From NCBI GenBank assembly GCA_944393195.1, contig CALXZG010000001.1:68921-132920 (forward strand): a stretch of DNA of 64,000 bases, written 5' to 3'. Each line of letters starts with the position of its first letter. Position 1 is the first letter of the stretch. The notes under the pieces were generated by a model. It made no database searches. It worked only from the letters and a program-made list of their open reading frames with translations, and was not told the DNA's origin. Positions 38,337 through 48,183 of this stretch are shown piece after piece. The position numbers and the translations under genes are program-made. This DNA is from an uncultured Alphaproteobacteria bacterium. Lineage in GTDB: Bacteria; Pseudomonadota; Alphaproteobacteria; CAAHEQ01; UBA3637.

Positions 38337-39464
38337 ATGCATGTGCAAAACCTGATTGTCGGTTGCGGTTTTTCTGGCGCAACATTGGCGCATAAAATAG
38401 CTACCGAGCTGCATGAAGAAGTCTTAATCATTGATGCAAAACCGCATATCGCCGGTCATTGTTATGATGATTGGCAGGATGGTATCTGCGTTCATCGATA
38501 TGGGACGCATATTTTTCATACAAACTTGAAACATGTTTGGGATTTTGTCGGTCGCTTTACACAATGGTATCCCTATATGCATACGGTTAAAGCCCAAATT
38601 GATGGTCAGGAAGTCCCCATTCCCTTTAACCTGAATACGATTCATCAATTGTTTCCATCGACTATGGCGACTCTGTTGACGGAAAAATTAATTTCTCGGT
38701 TCGGGTTTAATGTGAAAGTTCCGATTTTGCAATTACGTGCGGCCGAGGATAAAGATCTGGCTTTTTTGGCTGATTATATTTATGAAAAAGTTTTTCTTAA
38801 TTATACCCTTAAACAATGGGGTATGAAACCGGAAGAGCTGGATCCTGTCGTCACCGGTCGTGTTCCGGTTTATGTTTCCCGCGATAACAGATATTTTCAA
38901 GATACCTATCAAGGGATTCCCTTGAACGGTTATACGGCCATTGTTGAAAAGATGTTGGATCACCCGCTGATAAAAGTGCAACTAAATACGTCATATCAGG
39001 ATGTTAAAAATAACATTTCATGTGATAGATTATGTTATACGGGCCCGATAGATGAATTTTTTGATTATACGTTGGGTGCATTGCCGTATCGTAGCTTGGC
39101 CTTTGATTTTGTACGGTTTAATCGTCCGTATTTTCAATCCGGGGCCGTTATCAATTATCCGAATAATTATAATTGGACCCGTATCGGGGAATATAAATAT
39201 TTCTTAAACACGCCTTCTGAAACCACGATTGTTTCATATGAATATCCGCAACCTTTTGTTCAAGGGCAAAATGATCGGTATTATCCGATTGTTAAAGCGG
39301 AAAATACAGCCTTATATGCGCAATACGCGGAATGTGCGACGCAATTAAAAAATACTTTTTTTCTTGGCCGTCTTGGCGATTATCAATACTACGATATGGA
39401 CAAAGCCGTTGCCCGTGCCTTGGATGTGTTTGAAAGGATAAAAAATGAAACGTCAAATGATTAG
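38337..39464 (+). CDS. glf: UDP-galactopyranose mutase
   Basis: VGCGFSG, HRYGTHIFHT, YTLKQWG, LPYRSL, RYYP, GRLGDYQYYDMD. Confidence 0.96.
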   Translation: MHVQNLIVGCGFSGATLAHKIATELHEEVLIIDAKPHIAGHCYDDWQDGICVHRYGTHIFHTNLKHVWDFVGRFTQWYPYMHTVKAQIDGQEVPIPFNLNTIHQLFPSTMATLLTEKLISRFGFNVKVPILQLRAAEDKDLAFLADYIYEKVFLNYTLKQWGMKPEELDPVVTGRVPVYVSRDNRYFQDTYQGIPLNGYTAIVEKMLDHPLIKVQLNTSYQDVKNNISCDRLCYTGPIDEFFDYTLGALPYRSLAFDFVRFNRPYFQSGAVINYPNNYNWTRIGEYKYFLNTPSETTIVSYEYPQPFVQGQNDRYYPIVKAENTALYAQYAECATQLKNTFFLGRLGDYQYYDMDKAVARALDVFERIKNETSND

Positions 39465-40194
39465 AGTATTGTCCGCTCTGATTCCTTATAGAAATTGGCG
39501 TCATCGTATAAGGAACAGATTTCTTAAAGGTGTAAAGTCCGAAAACCGATTGAACATCTATTCCGGTCAAGTTGTTTTGTTTGACGATACAGGGCGTGAG
39601 GTTAAATTTAATCCCGGAAAATATTCCCGGATTCAAGGTATTGTTAATGCATCAAACACGGTTATTAAAATTCATGAATCCTGTACCGATTTAGATTTGA
39701 ATTTGGAAGTAACTTCACCATATTCAGAAGTGATCATTCATAAAAATGTTTCCGGTCGGATGCGTGTACGATTGAGCTATGGCGTTGGGCAGAAACTTCA
39801 TGTCGGTGCAAATACAAAATGTGTCGGGGTATCTTTTATTTTAGATGAAAATGCACAAATTTTTATTGGAGAAAATAATTTAATATCGGCTCATGTTGTT
39901 ATTTTTGGAGCAGATGGGCACGCGGTTATTGATCGGGAAACAGAAAAAGTTATTAATGGCGTTAAACATCCGTTGATAATAGGCAATCATTGTTGGATCG
40001 GGTATCGTGCCATGATTTTAAAAAATGCGTATATTCCGAATAATTGTATTGTAGGTGGGGGAACGGTTGTTACCGGTCAATTTAATGAAGAAAATATCGT
40101 TTTGGGTGGTAACCCGGCGCGTATTGTGAAACGTAATGTCGATTGGACACACAAAAATGCTTATTTTTTAGTTAACCAAAAGGAAATAAAATAA
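39445..40194 (+). CDS. Hexapeptide-repeat acyltransferase
   Basis: DGH, IGNHCWIG, GGNPARIVK. Confidence 0.85.
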   Translation: MKRQMIRVLSALIPYRNWRHRIRNRFLKGVKSENRLNIYSGQVVLFDDTGREVKFNPGKYSRIQGIVNASNTVIKIHESCTDLDLNLEVTSPYSEVIIHKNVSGRMRVRLSYGVGQKLHVGANTKCVGVSFILDENAQIFIGENNLISAHVVIFGADGHAVIDRETEKVINGVKHPLIIGNHCWIGYRAMILKNAYIPNNCIVGGGTVVTGQFNEENIVLGGNPARIVKRNVDWTHKNAYFLVNQKEIK

Positions 40195-41159
40195 TGCCAA
40201 ATATATTCTATCGTTTCATTTCTTATTTAATCCCTGATAGGAAAAAACGTCGCCAATTCCGTAAGGCTCATATGCGTTTGTCCTTATCGGAAATCAATGC
40301 GAAAAAGCTGGAAAGTATTAACCATATTTTAAAATTTTCAATTGATCCGCGTACCATACCTCCGGCACAAGGATGTTTAAAAATGATTCAAGACGGATCT
40401 GTTGCTATTTTAAATTATTTGGATGGTATCTGTCGCCGACATGGTATTACATATTGGATTGACAGCGGAACACTCATTGGTTACATGCGTCATCGCGGTT
40501 TTATTCCCTGGGATGATGACATAGATATTGCCATGCTTCGTTCCGATTATGATAAGTTGTTGTCTTTATTGGATACAGAATTTAAAAAAGACGGTTTTTA
40601 TTCTCGCGGCGGTGAAATTATACAGCTTTTTTATAAAGATACTCCTTGTCAGGTCGATGTTTTTCCTTTTGATGTCGGGGATTCTGTTCATCCGCCGAAA
40701 GGGGAACAATATCAACGCTTTTTGTCGGTATTGGAAGAAATAAAGTCACATATGGATTTTAACTCGGACGCTTGGCGCGCCCGTCGTCAGCCGGTATCGG
40801 ACGATTATCTGAAATATTGCTTTCATATGCGGGATACGCAATTGGTGCCTCAACCTGTGGATAAGGGCTTTTTATTTTACGGTGTGGAAACGGCTGTGCA
40901 TAACAGGTCTTGTTTTGCTTACGAAGATATTTTTCCCTTGCGTCCGATTGATTTTATGGGTATATCAACGTATGCTCCCAACCAAGCCGACTACTACCTG
41001 TTTTGTCAATATGGCGACTATATGACATTACCGTCGGATTTTTCCTCCCATCATGGTAGCTCTCTGGCGGCTCAAATAACACCCGATAATTATAAAACAT
41101 GTTGTGAATTGATACAAAAATATACACCGTCTCATCGGGAGGATTCATGCCCCGCGTAG
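40194..41159 (+). CDS. LicD-family phosphotransferase
   Basis: YWIDSGTLIG..RHRGFIPWDDDIDIAMLR, DVFPFD, YGDYM. Confidence 0.92.
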   Translation: MPNIFYRFISYLIPDRKKRRQFRKAHMRLSLSEINAKKLESINHILKFSIDPRTIPPAQGCLKMIQDGSVAILNYLDGICRRHGITYWIDSGTLIGYMRHRGFIPWDDDIDIAMLRSDYDKLLSLLDTEFKKDGFYSRGGEIIQLFYKDTPCQVDVFPFDVGDSVHPPKGEQYQRFLSVLEEIKSHMDFNSDAWRARRQPVSDDYLKYCFHMRDTQLVPQPVDKGFLFYGVETAVHNRSCFAYEDIFPLRPIDFMGISTYAPNQADYYLFCQYGDYMTLPSDFSSHHGSSLAAQITPDNYKTCCELIQKYTPSHREDSCPA

Positions 41160-42022
41160 ATAATGCCGTTATTTTAGCCGCCGGTTTTTCCAGCCGCTTT
41201 GTGCCAATTTGCTTCGACAAACCAAAGGCTTTATTGCCCGTTTGCGGGGAAACGTTGATCGAACGTCAAATTCGTCAGCTGCATGATGTTGGTGTTCACG
41301 ATATTATCGTTATTACAGGTGCTTATCGGCATCAATTTGATTTTTTACAAACAAAGCATCATGTCACTTTAATTCATAATCCGGACTATGCGGTAAAAAA
41401 TAATTTTGCCAGTTTATATGCCGCTCGCTCTGTTTTAAAAAATACAATTATTTCTTCATCTGATTTGTTTTTTCCGGATAATATTTTTGTTAATCAGTCG
41501 GATTATGCGTATTATGCCTCTGTTTTTGTGAACGGTCCGACAACGCAAAGGTGTTTGACACTAAACGAACGGGATGAAATTATTGCAACTTCTTATAGCG
41601 GAAGGGATACGTGGATAACATTCGGCGGACATGCCTTTTTAACCGAGGATATTTCTCAAAAATTGATAGATTTAATACATCCTGTATACCACGATCCTTT
41701 ATATGCCAATAAATATTGGGTCGATTTTCAAGATGAACATTTATCAGATATGCCGATGCGTATCAAAAAACTGCCGCCCAATGCCATTGTTGAATTTAAT
41801 ACATTAGAGGCACTGCGTTCGTTTGATACGAATTTTAACGCGCGTTCTTTTTCGGCCGCAATGGATATCATCTGTCGGCGGTTGGATTGTCCGGATGATA
41901 AAATGATTCATTCTTTTGAACCGATTAAATCGAATAATGAAGCTGTCGGCTGTTTTTTTGTTTATCGGGGAAAAAAATACCAATATTTACATTCAACGCA
42001 ACAAGTGGAGCTATGTATATGA
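41147..42022 (+). CDS. LicC-like nucleotidyltransferase
   Basis: AVILAAGFSSRFVP, PKALL, LIERQI, NPDY..KNN..SL, EFNTLEAL. Confidence 0.87.
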   Translation: MPRVDNAVILAAGFSSRFVPICFDKPKALLPVCGETLIERQIRQLHDVGVHDIIVITGAYRHQFDFLQTKHHVTLIHNPDYAVKNNFASLYAARSVLKNTIISSSDLFFPDNIFVNQSDYAYYASVFVNGPTTQRCLTLNERDEIIATSYSGRDTWITFGGHAFLTEDISQKLIDLIHPVYHDPLYANKYWVDFQDEHLSDMPMRIKKLPPNAIVEFNTLEALRSFDTNFNARSFSAAMDIICRRLDCPDDKMIHSFEPIKSNNEAVGCFFVYRGKKYQYLHSTQQVELCI

Positions 42023-43257
42023 TAAAAGAAATAGAACAAATTCAAAATCTGCATAAAGAATTTCGGGCATATCACGACAAATCCTTACCGCTGTGCGCGG
42101 CCGAAAACGTCATTTCTGATTTTGTGAAATGGCCATTGATTAGCGGGTATCAGGAACGTTATATTATGGGGAGTGCATATGATTTTTCAATGGACGGTAA
42201 TTTTATCGGGGCCGAAAAATTGTATCCGTATTATCAATTGATTAGTACGCTGGGTAAAGAACTTTTTCACGCTACCTATACGGATGTGCGAACCTTGACG
42301 GGAATGAACGCCGCGAATATGTTGGCCAGCGCTTTGATTTCTCCGGGTGATAATGTGATGATTTTAGGGCAAGAGTGGGGTGGTCATGCCTCTATGAAAC
42401 CCACATTTGAACGCTTGGGCGCAAACGTTTTTGATGCTCCGTATGATTTAAATGCGTATGATTTTGATTATGAAGCGTTGAACCGGGAAATAAAAGAGAA
42501 AAATATTCAATTTTTGAATATAGCTCCATCGGATATTTTATTCCCGCATGATTTTTCTAAAATCGATGATACCAACTGTGTTGTTTTATTTGATTACAGT
42601 CAGTTATTAGGGCTTATTGCTGCCGGTTTATTGCCTAATCCCCTGGATGTTATGCCGAACTGTATTTTATTTGGTGGAACGCATAAGACCATGCCCGGGC
42701 CGGCACATGGAATTATTATGACAAATAACAAAATATTGTTCCAAAAAATAGATCGGGAAATTAATCCCAAATATTTACGGAATGTACAGACGCATCAGGT
42801 CGTCAGTCTGTTATGCACTCTGATTGAAATGAAATATTATGGTAAAGCTTATCAGGAAAATATCGTGCGGATGGCGAATACTCTTGGTGCGGAATTGGAT
42901 AAAAATGGTTTTAATATTGTTTCTAAAAACGGTGTCTATACACAAACGCATCAACTGTTTTTGGAAATGACCGAAAACCAGATGAATATATTCTTCCGAA
43001 ATGCAATGGCGGAACACATTACTTTAAATACAAAGAAAAAACCGTTGTTCCATGGTGGCTTTGGCATTCGTTTGGGATTACAGGAAATCGCCCGCTACGA
43101 TTGGGATGATAATGCGTTAACAACAATTGCCCAAATTTTAACGTGTATCAGGGATGCATCTTATCCGACTGAAACGGTTCGACGTTTCATGGCTCAGTTA
43201 CCGCCGAAAAAGATTCATTTTACATTTTCCGAAAATGAATTTAACATTAATATGTAA
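42013..43257 (+). CDS. Divergent SHMT-fold PLP enzyme
   Basis: LCAAEN, GGH, THKTMPGP (PLP lysine), GIRLG; lacks the GlyA YAEGYP motif. Confidence 0.8.
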   Translation: MYMIKEIEQIQNLHKEFRAYHDKSLPLCAAENVISDFVKWPLISGYQERYIMGSAYDFSMDGNFIGAEKLYPYYQLISTLGKELFHATYTDVRTLTGMNAANMLASALISPGDNVMILGQEWGGHASMKPTFERLGANVFDAPYDLNAYDFDYEALNREIKEKNIQFLNIAPSDILFPHDFSKIDDTNCVVLFDYSQLLGLIAAGLLPNPLDVMPNCILFGGTHKTMPGPAHGIIMTNNKILFQKIDREINPKYLRNVQTHQVVSLLCTLIEMKYYGKAYQENIVRMANTLGAELDKNGFNIVSKNGVYTQTHQLFLEMTENQMNIFFRNAMAEHITLNTKKKPLFHGGFGIRLGLQEIARYDWDDNALTTIAQILTCIRDASYPTETVRRFMAQLPPKKIHFTFSENEFNINM

Positions 43258-43274
43258 GAACGAAAGGAGATAAT

Positions 43275-44024
43275 ATGAGAAAATTATTAGCCAATTTTAT
43301 TTGCCTTTTTATTCCGAAAAAAGAACAGAGGAAAAGAATAAGAAGTGCTTTATTATTAGGTAGTTATAAAATTCTGGGGGGGGGTAATCAGATCATTGTG
43401 GAGGAAAATGGTCGGGAACGTTTTTTGCGGAAAAAGGAACGAATCCCCGGTTTGAATATTCGCATTAAGGGGTGTAATAATCGCATTAAATTACACTTGC
43501 CAATTCGGGCTGCCGATAGTTGTATTTGGATTAAAAATGATAATGCTTCCGTTGAAATCGGTCCTTCCCGTGAATTTTTTAATAGCCTGGTCTATATCGC
43601 GCGGGCGGAACATCAAAAGTGCGTTATTGGGGCAAACACCACGGTATCCGGTGCACAAATTGTTTTAACGGAAACATCGGCGGAATGCCATATCGGAAAA
43701 AATTGTATGATATCGCATGGCGTTATTATTCGTGGTAGTGACGGGCACTCTATTATTGATCCTAAAACGAAAAAGATATTGAATGCCCCGGTTTCTCCGC
43801 TGATTATCGGGGATCATTGCTGGATTTGTGAAAATACGACCATTTTGCGTAAAGCGCGTATTCCCAATCATACGATTATTGGAAACGGCTCCATCGTCAC
43901 AAAAGTATTTTCAGAAGAATATACGGCTTTGGCCGGCAATCCGGCCCGGGTTGTATCCCGTAATGTTTCATGGATACCGGAAAATGAATATGAATTCATC
44001 AATGGATTAAAATGTATATTTTAA
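43275..44024 (+). CDS. Hexapeptide-repeat acyltransferase (paralogue of 39445)
   Basis: DGH, IGDHCWI, AGNPARVV. Confidence 0.85.
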   Translation: MRKLLANFICLFIPKKEQRKRIRSALLLGSYKILGGGNQIIVEENGRERFLRKKERIPGLNIRIKGCNNRIKLHLPIRAADSCIWIKNDNASVEIGPSREFFNSLVYIARAEHQKCVIGANTTVSGAQIVLTETSAECHIGKNCMISHGVIIRGSDGHSIIDPKTKKILNAPVSPLIIGDHCWICENTTILRKARIPNHTIIGNGSIVTKVFSEEYTALAGNPARVVSRNVSWIPENEYEFINGLKCIF

Positions 44025-44030
44025 TTTGAA

Positions 44031-44062
44031 AAGAGGCGGGGAGGTACCCGCCTCCCTGTTTT
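44031..44062. terminator. Terminator between convergent genes
   Basis: gaggcggg-gaggta-cccgcctc. Confidence 0.7.
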
Positions 44063-44366
44063 ATTCTTTCGGATATTTGGCTTTTATCGCCGCAATAGTG
44101 TCCTGCCATACGGTCGTTCCGTTGACTTTGTCCCAGTATATCATATCCAATTGCTCCCCGATGGCCGGATATTCGGCTGCCCGTTTTTCCACATAGCTCG
44201 GTTCCGGCGGTGTCGGTTCTGTTCCTTTAAAGTATCGTTTCCCGTTATATCCGTACACAATTTCATTTTCTGTTGTCATTGTTAAACCGGAAATTTCGGC
44301 AATATGTTGATTCGGTGTCGACCGACCGATAGTTCCGTCTGTTAAAATCTCATAATATATTGTCAT
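44061..44366 (-). CDS. Small phage-like protein, possible tail-fibre assembly partner
   Basis: R..EYP.IGEQLD.IY...W...I..IKAKYPK C-terminus; start overlaps the upstream stop codon. Confidence 0.6.
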   Translation of the reverse strand: MTIYYEILTDGTIGRSTPNQHIAEISGLTMTTENEIVYGYNGKRYFKGTEPTPPEPSYVEKRAAEYPAIGEQLDMIYWDKVNGTTVWQDTIAAIKAKYPKE

Positions 44367-45370
44367 ACATTTTCTCCTTTTGCATAGTAAAAACGCCATG
44401 TCGAAATTGTGATATTACCGTGAGTCGGAGTGACGATTGATCCGCATGCGACCGGTATAGTAGCGCATAAAGTGTTTCCTGAATCGGATTTTACAGTCAT
44501 ATAATCGGCACTGGAACTGGCGGTTCCCAAACTGATTGCAAGGTAGGCTCCCGAACCCCCACTGGTACCACGCAGATAAAAATAACCGTTTTTGGGAGCC
44601 GTATAGTTGTTTCCGGATGTATAACTGTAATCAATATAGTTTTCACTCGGCATTGGAGCTGTCGCAATGACGGTTTGTCCTGCCTCAGTTAAATTATCCA
44701 GATTAATATTCGCTTTGTTGTTCATCGTTTCTTCTGCATTTGCCGCCGACGTTGCCGCTTCCGTCGCTTTTTGTGTGGCTGTTTCGGCTGCATTAATTGC
44801 CTGTGTTGCCTGGGCTGTTGCTTCATCGGCTTTGACAATTGCCGTATCCCGATAGGAACGTAACGTGCTTTCCAACACATTAATTTCAACAGCCGAGTTT
44901 TCTAAATTGGTGCCGTCCGCATTCCATACAATGGCTTTACCCGCACTCGGTGTCGGTAATGTCAAGTCAATGTCGGTATCGGTCGCATAGGGCGGTAATA
45001 CCATGGAACGGTTCAGGTTATCGGCAATTTGTTGTTGACAGGCGATTTGATAATCCAATTCGTAATTTAACGCACTGGCACGTAAGGCACCGCCTTCTTG
45101 AAAATCCGTTGTCCGTTCAATGTCTAAATTGCGAAATAAAGTGATTACGCTTCCCTTTTCCGGTACCGTTGTAAATGTCACCGTACCGCCGGCCGTATCG
45201 GTATCAAAAGAAACCGTATACGTATCACTGTCCTGCAATACGTCATTGCAATAAACATTCATATTTTCGGCCTTAAAAATAGCGAACGAAAATTCAAATG
45301 TCGATAATATCCCGTCCGCAATATATTGAATACGCGGCGGAATACTTTTGATTTGTATGTGTTCCGTCAT
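44363..45370 (-). CDS. Phage tail-fibre-like protein
   Basis: Podovirus-type N-terminal anchor (Y.ADG...F.F.F; R.TDFQEGG.LRA..LN.ELD), Ala/Thr-rich coiled coil, YTAPKNGY C-terminal domain; RBS aaggag. Confidence 0.7.
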   Translation of the reverse strand: MTEHIQIKSIPPRIQYIADGILSTFEFSFAIFKAENMNVYCNDVLQDSDTYTVSFDTDTAGGTVTFTTVPEKGSVITLFRNLDIERTTDFQEGGALRASALNYELDYQIACQQQIADNLNRSMVLPPYATDTDIDLTLPTPSAGKAIVWNADGTNLENSAVEINVLESTLRSYRDTAIVKADEATAQATQAINAAETATQKATEAATSAANAEETMNNKANINLDNLTEAGQTVIATAPMPSENYIDYSYTSGNNYTAPKNGYFYLRGTSGGSGAYLAISLGTASSSADYMTVKSDSGNTLCATIPVACGSIVTPTHGNITISTWRFYYAKGENV

Positions 45371-45417
45371 AATTTCTCCTTTATCTAGAATGAGGGTGGT
45401 CAAGCAGAAACAGGCAT

Positions 45418-45565
45418 AAAAAAACACCGGATAAATCATCCGGAGCCTGAAAAAATAGGTTCCGTCTGCTTTGTTCGGAACCCTATATTATAGGCGTAAA
45501 TCCTCTTTCGATACTATCGTGCCTATAACTGATAACAATATATCATATTTTTTCCTAAAAGTCAA
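45418..45565 (-). promoter_or_regulatory. Promoter and structured leader with two terminator-like hairpins
   Basis: TTGACT-N17-TATATT (45565-45537), then three hairpins, two followed by U-tracts. Confidence 0.55.
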
Positions 45566-45591
45566 GAAAAAATGATTAAATTCCTAAAAAA

Positions 45592-46344
45592 TTATTCTTG
45601 TTCCGGTCGAATTAAATCTGTCACAACACCATGCAATGTTTTGACTTCGGCCTGCGTTAAACCCGTTCGGGTAAAAATATTCCGCAAATTTCGTTGCATA
45701 CGCTCCCGCTTGTCCGGAAAACGAAAATATCCCCGTTTGTCCAGCTCTTCTTCCCAATGGGCGAATAAAGCCTCCAATTCCCGTTTGTTGGCCGGTGCGG
45801 CACCACCTGTGGCAAAATGTGAATTATCGTGATCATGCCGATACTTAAACCATTCATACCCCATCAATAAAACCGCCTGAGATAAATTAAGTGAGCAATG
45901 CACCGGATTTAACGGAATTTCCACAATACCGTCCGCCATAACAAGCTCATCATTTTCCAATCCGGTTCGCTCGGCTCCGAATAATAAAGCCGTTTTTTGA
46001 TGATTGACCCGATCCGCCAACAAATGAATAGCCTTCTCCGGATGATATACCGGCTTGGTCATATCTCGCGGCCGCGCCGTTGTTGCCAAAGCAAAATGAA
46101 TATCGGCCATCGCATCGGATAAAGAATCGTATACCGTTGCCTGTTCTAAAATCGTTTGTGCCCCGGATGAAGCCGAAATCGCTTTATCGGATAAATGGGA
46201 TTCTCTCGGACAAACAAGGCGTAAATCAGATAACATGCAATTCATCATGGCACGGGCCACCATACCGATGTTTTCGGCCATTTGGGAACGAACCAAAATA
46301 ACACAGGGGGCATTTTCGGCCTGATACGATACACGCTTGCTCAT
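45592..46344 (-). CDS. TrmJ/LasT-family SPOUT RNA methyltransferase
   Basis: ENIGMVARAM, FGAERTGL, SLNLSQAV. Confidence 0.9.
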   Translation of the reverse strand: MSKRVSYQAENAPCVILVRSQMAENIGMVARAMMNCMLSDLRLVCPRESHLSDKAISASSGAQTILEQATVYDSLSDAMADIHFALATTARPRDMTKPVYHPEKAIHLLADRVNHQKTALLFGAERTGLENDELVMADGIVEIPLNPVHCSLNLSQAVLLMGYEWFKYRHDHDNSHFATGGAAPANKRELEALFAHWEEELDKRGYFRFPDKRERMQRNLRNIFTRTGLTQAEVKTLHGVVTDLIRPEQE

Positions 46345-46866
46345 TTAAAAATCACTCAGGTTAATCCCCGGATATTTCGGTTTTGTTTCGGCCGCTGTTT
46401 GAACCGCTTTTTCTAACCGATCGGCCTCGGCTTCTGTTGGTTGGATTTTGTTCAACTCATCGGCGGAAATATTAACCTGAATTTTGTCGGCTCGATCGGA
46501 TAGAATTTCGGTTGCATGATGCTTAAAATCCCGACCGTTTAAATCACTGCCGAATGCTTTGTCTTTTAACCCATAGTCCACATTTTTGGCTGCGGCGACC
46601 TCATTTGCCAATTGTTTTTGTAAAGCCGGATCCAACGTCGGATCGATCGCCGCTTTATCCATATGATACAAATAGGAATATTCCGGTTGATTATCCGCTT
46701 CCCATGCCGACCGATAACTGATTTTGGCAATCAGCGGACTGGTCATAATCGCTGTATCAAAGGCGTCAACCGTTATCGGGGGGGCGGGTGGTTGAACTTC
46801 CTCGGCCAAAACAGACATCCCTGTCAAACAACATCCCAATATTCCCAAAAAATATCCGGTGCGCAT
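46345..46866 (-). CDS. Hypothetical exported protein
   Basis: Signal peptide; RBS aggagg. Confidence 0.65.
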   Translation of the reverse strand: MRTGYFLGILGCCLTGMSVLAEEVQPPAPPITVDAFDTAIMTSPLIAKISYRSAWEADNQPEYSYLYHMDKAAIDPTLDPALQKQLANEVAAAKNVDYGLKDKAFGSDLNGRDFKHHATEILSDRADKIQVNISADELNKIQPTEAEADRLEKAVQTAAETKPKYPGINLSDF

Positions 46867-46874
46867 ATGACCTC

Positions 46875-47384
46875 CTATCGTCTGGCATCCAATATTCTTA
46901 ACGAATTTTCAATTAAGTTTTGAATGGATAACCCTGTTTGTTTTTCAAATATTTTGGCATAGGTATTTGAAGCCGTGGCTACCGGATGACCGGATCGTTG
47001 CAAATAAACCATAGACGACATAATTTGCCGCCGTAACTTTTCCGGAGCCGTTGTAATTAAATTGTCCAATCCGTCCGGAATTTGATACCCTAAATTACGT
47101 AAATGCTGTGTCATCAATAACATATTGGTAATGTTGACATCCGGCGCAATGGCATCCTGTCCCATTGCAACATCCCACGTTGTGTTCGATCCGACAAAAT
47201 CCGGCAATTGTTGATACAACGTGTTTTCCGTTTCATCTGCCCCCGGAACCGTCGTCGTGCTTTGTGCATTCAATTTATCCTGTGCCGGAGATTTGTTTGC
47301 CCACGGATTCGGATCTAACTGCGCGGCAGCCGATAAAGCCACACCCGCTACCATAATGAAAATCGGTAAATATTTGTATGTCAT
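46875..47384 (-). CDS. Hypothetical exported protein
   Basis: Signal peptide ending AAA; RBS ggagg. Confidence 0.65.
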   Translation of the reverse strand: MTYKYLPIFIMVAGVALSAAAQLDPNPWANKSPAQDKLNAQSTTTVPGADETENTLYQQLPDFVGSNTTWDVAMGQDAIAPDVNITNMLLMTQHLRNLGYQIPDGLDNLITTAPEKLRRQIMSSMVYLQRSGHPVATASNTYAKIFEKQTGLSIQNLIENSLRILDARR

Positions 47385-47397
47385 GCCTGTCCTCCCG

Positions 47398-48183
47398 TCA
47401 CGAATCTTCTTTTTTGAATTTGATAAAGTAATATACACAAACCGGAATGGATAAAATATAGCCCGTTCCGACAAGGCTGAGCGTCATCCACGGATTGGCA
47501 AATAATCCCGCCATTAACAGTAATGCCGCCACCCCTAAAGCCGATACATACTTTTTGGGAATGTGCAGGTGTTTTAAACTGAGTGTCGGAATTTTACTGG
47601 CCATCATGATACCGCTGAAAACCAAAAAGAAGCCGACAAATGCCGGAGAACGGAAAAAGTCAACCTGTTCACCGCCCGCCAACCATAATACAATCGGGAA
47701 AATAGCTAATCCTGCGCCGGCCGGTGCCGGAACACCTATAAAAAAATGCGTCCAATAAGTCGGTTGTTTTTCATCCAACATTGCATTAAAACGGGCCAGC
47801 CGTGTCGCGCAACACATCGCTAAGAACAAAGCAAACGCCCAATAGATGCCGATGGCCTCCGATCGTGCCATTTCATTTTTCAGGACTTCAATTTTAATGT
47901 CGGCATTCATCGTCCATTGATACATCAAAAAACCGGGGGCGACACCAAAACTGACAAAATCGGATAAAGAATCCAACTCTGCGCCAAATCGGGAAGATAC
48001 GCCTAACATTCGGGCAACTTTTCCGTCGAAAAAGTCAAAGGCAGCCGATAATAAAATGAACAAGACCGCTAACCGCCAATGTCCCCATAAAGCCATATTC
48101 AAGGATGACACCCCGAATGCCAAAGCCGTCATCGTTACGGCATTGGGAAAAATAGCACGAATATTAATGTCTTGTTTGACCAT
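47398..48183 (-). CDS. pssA: CDP-diacylglycerol-serine O-phosphatidyltransferase
   Basis: DFFDGKVAR...GAELDSLSD, RLARFN, FIGVPAP. Confidence 0.93.
   Translation of the reverse strand: MVKQDINIRAIFPNAVTMTALAFGVSSLNMALWGHWRLAVLFILLSAAFDFFDGKVARMLGVSSRFGAELDSLSDFVSFGVAPGFLMYQWTMNADIKIEVLKNEMARSEAIGIYWAFALFLAMCCATRLARFNAMLDEKQPTYWTHFFIGVPAPAGAGLAIFPIVLWLAGGEQVDFFRSPAFVGFFLVFSGIMMASKIPTLSLKHLHIPKKYVSALGVAALLLMAGLFANPWMTLSLVGTGYILSIPVCVYYFIKFKKEDS

Noticed and set aside
44061-45370. Intact prophage
   Set aside because: Only two phage-like genes; no integrase, att repeats, capsid or terminase, and the flanks are host genes.
36206-45590. tRNA-Val-anchored genomic island
   Set aside because: The glycan locus lies on the 5' side of the tRNA, and I found no duplicated tRNA 3' end or integrase.
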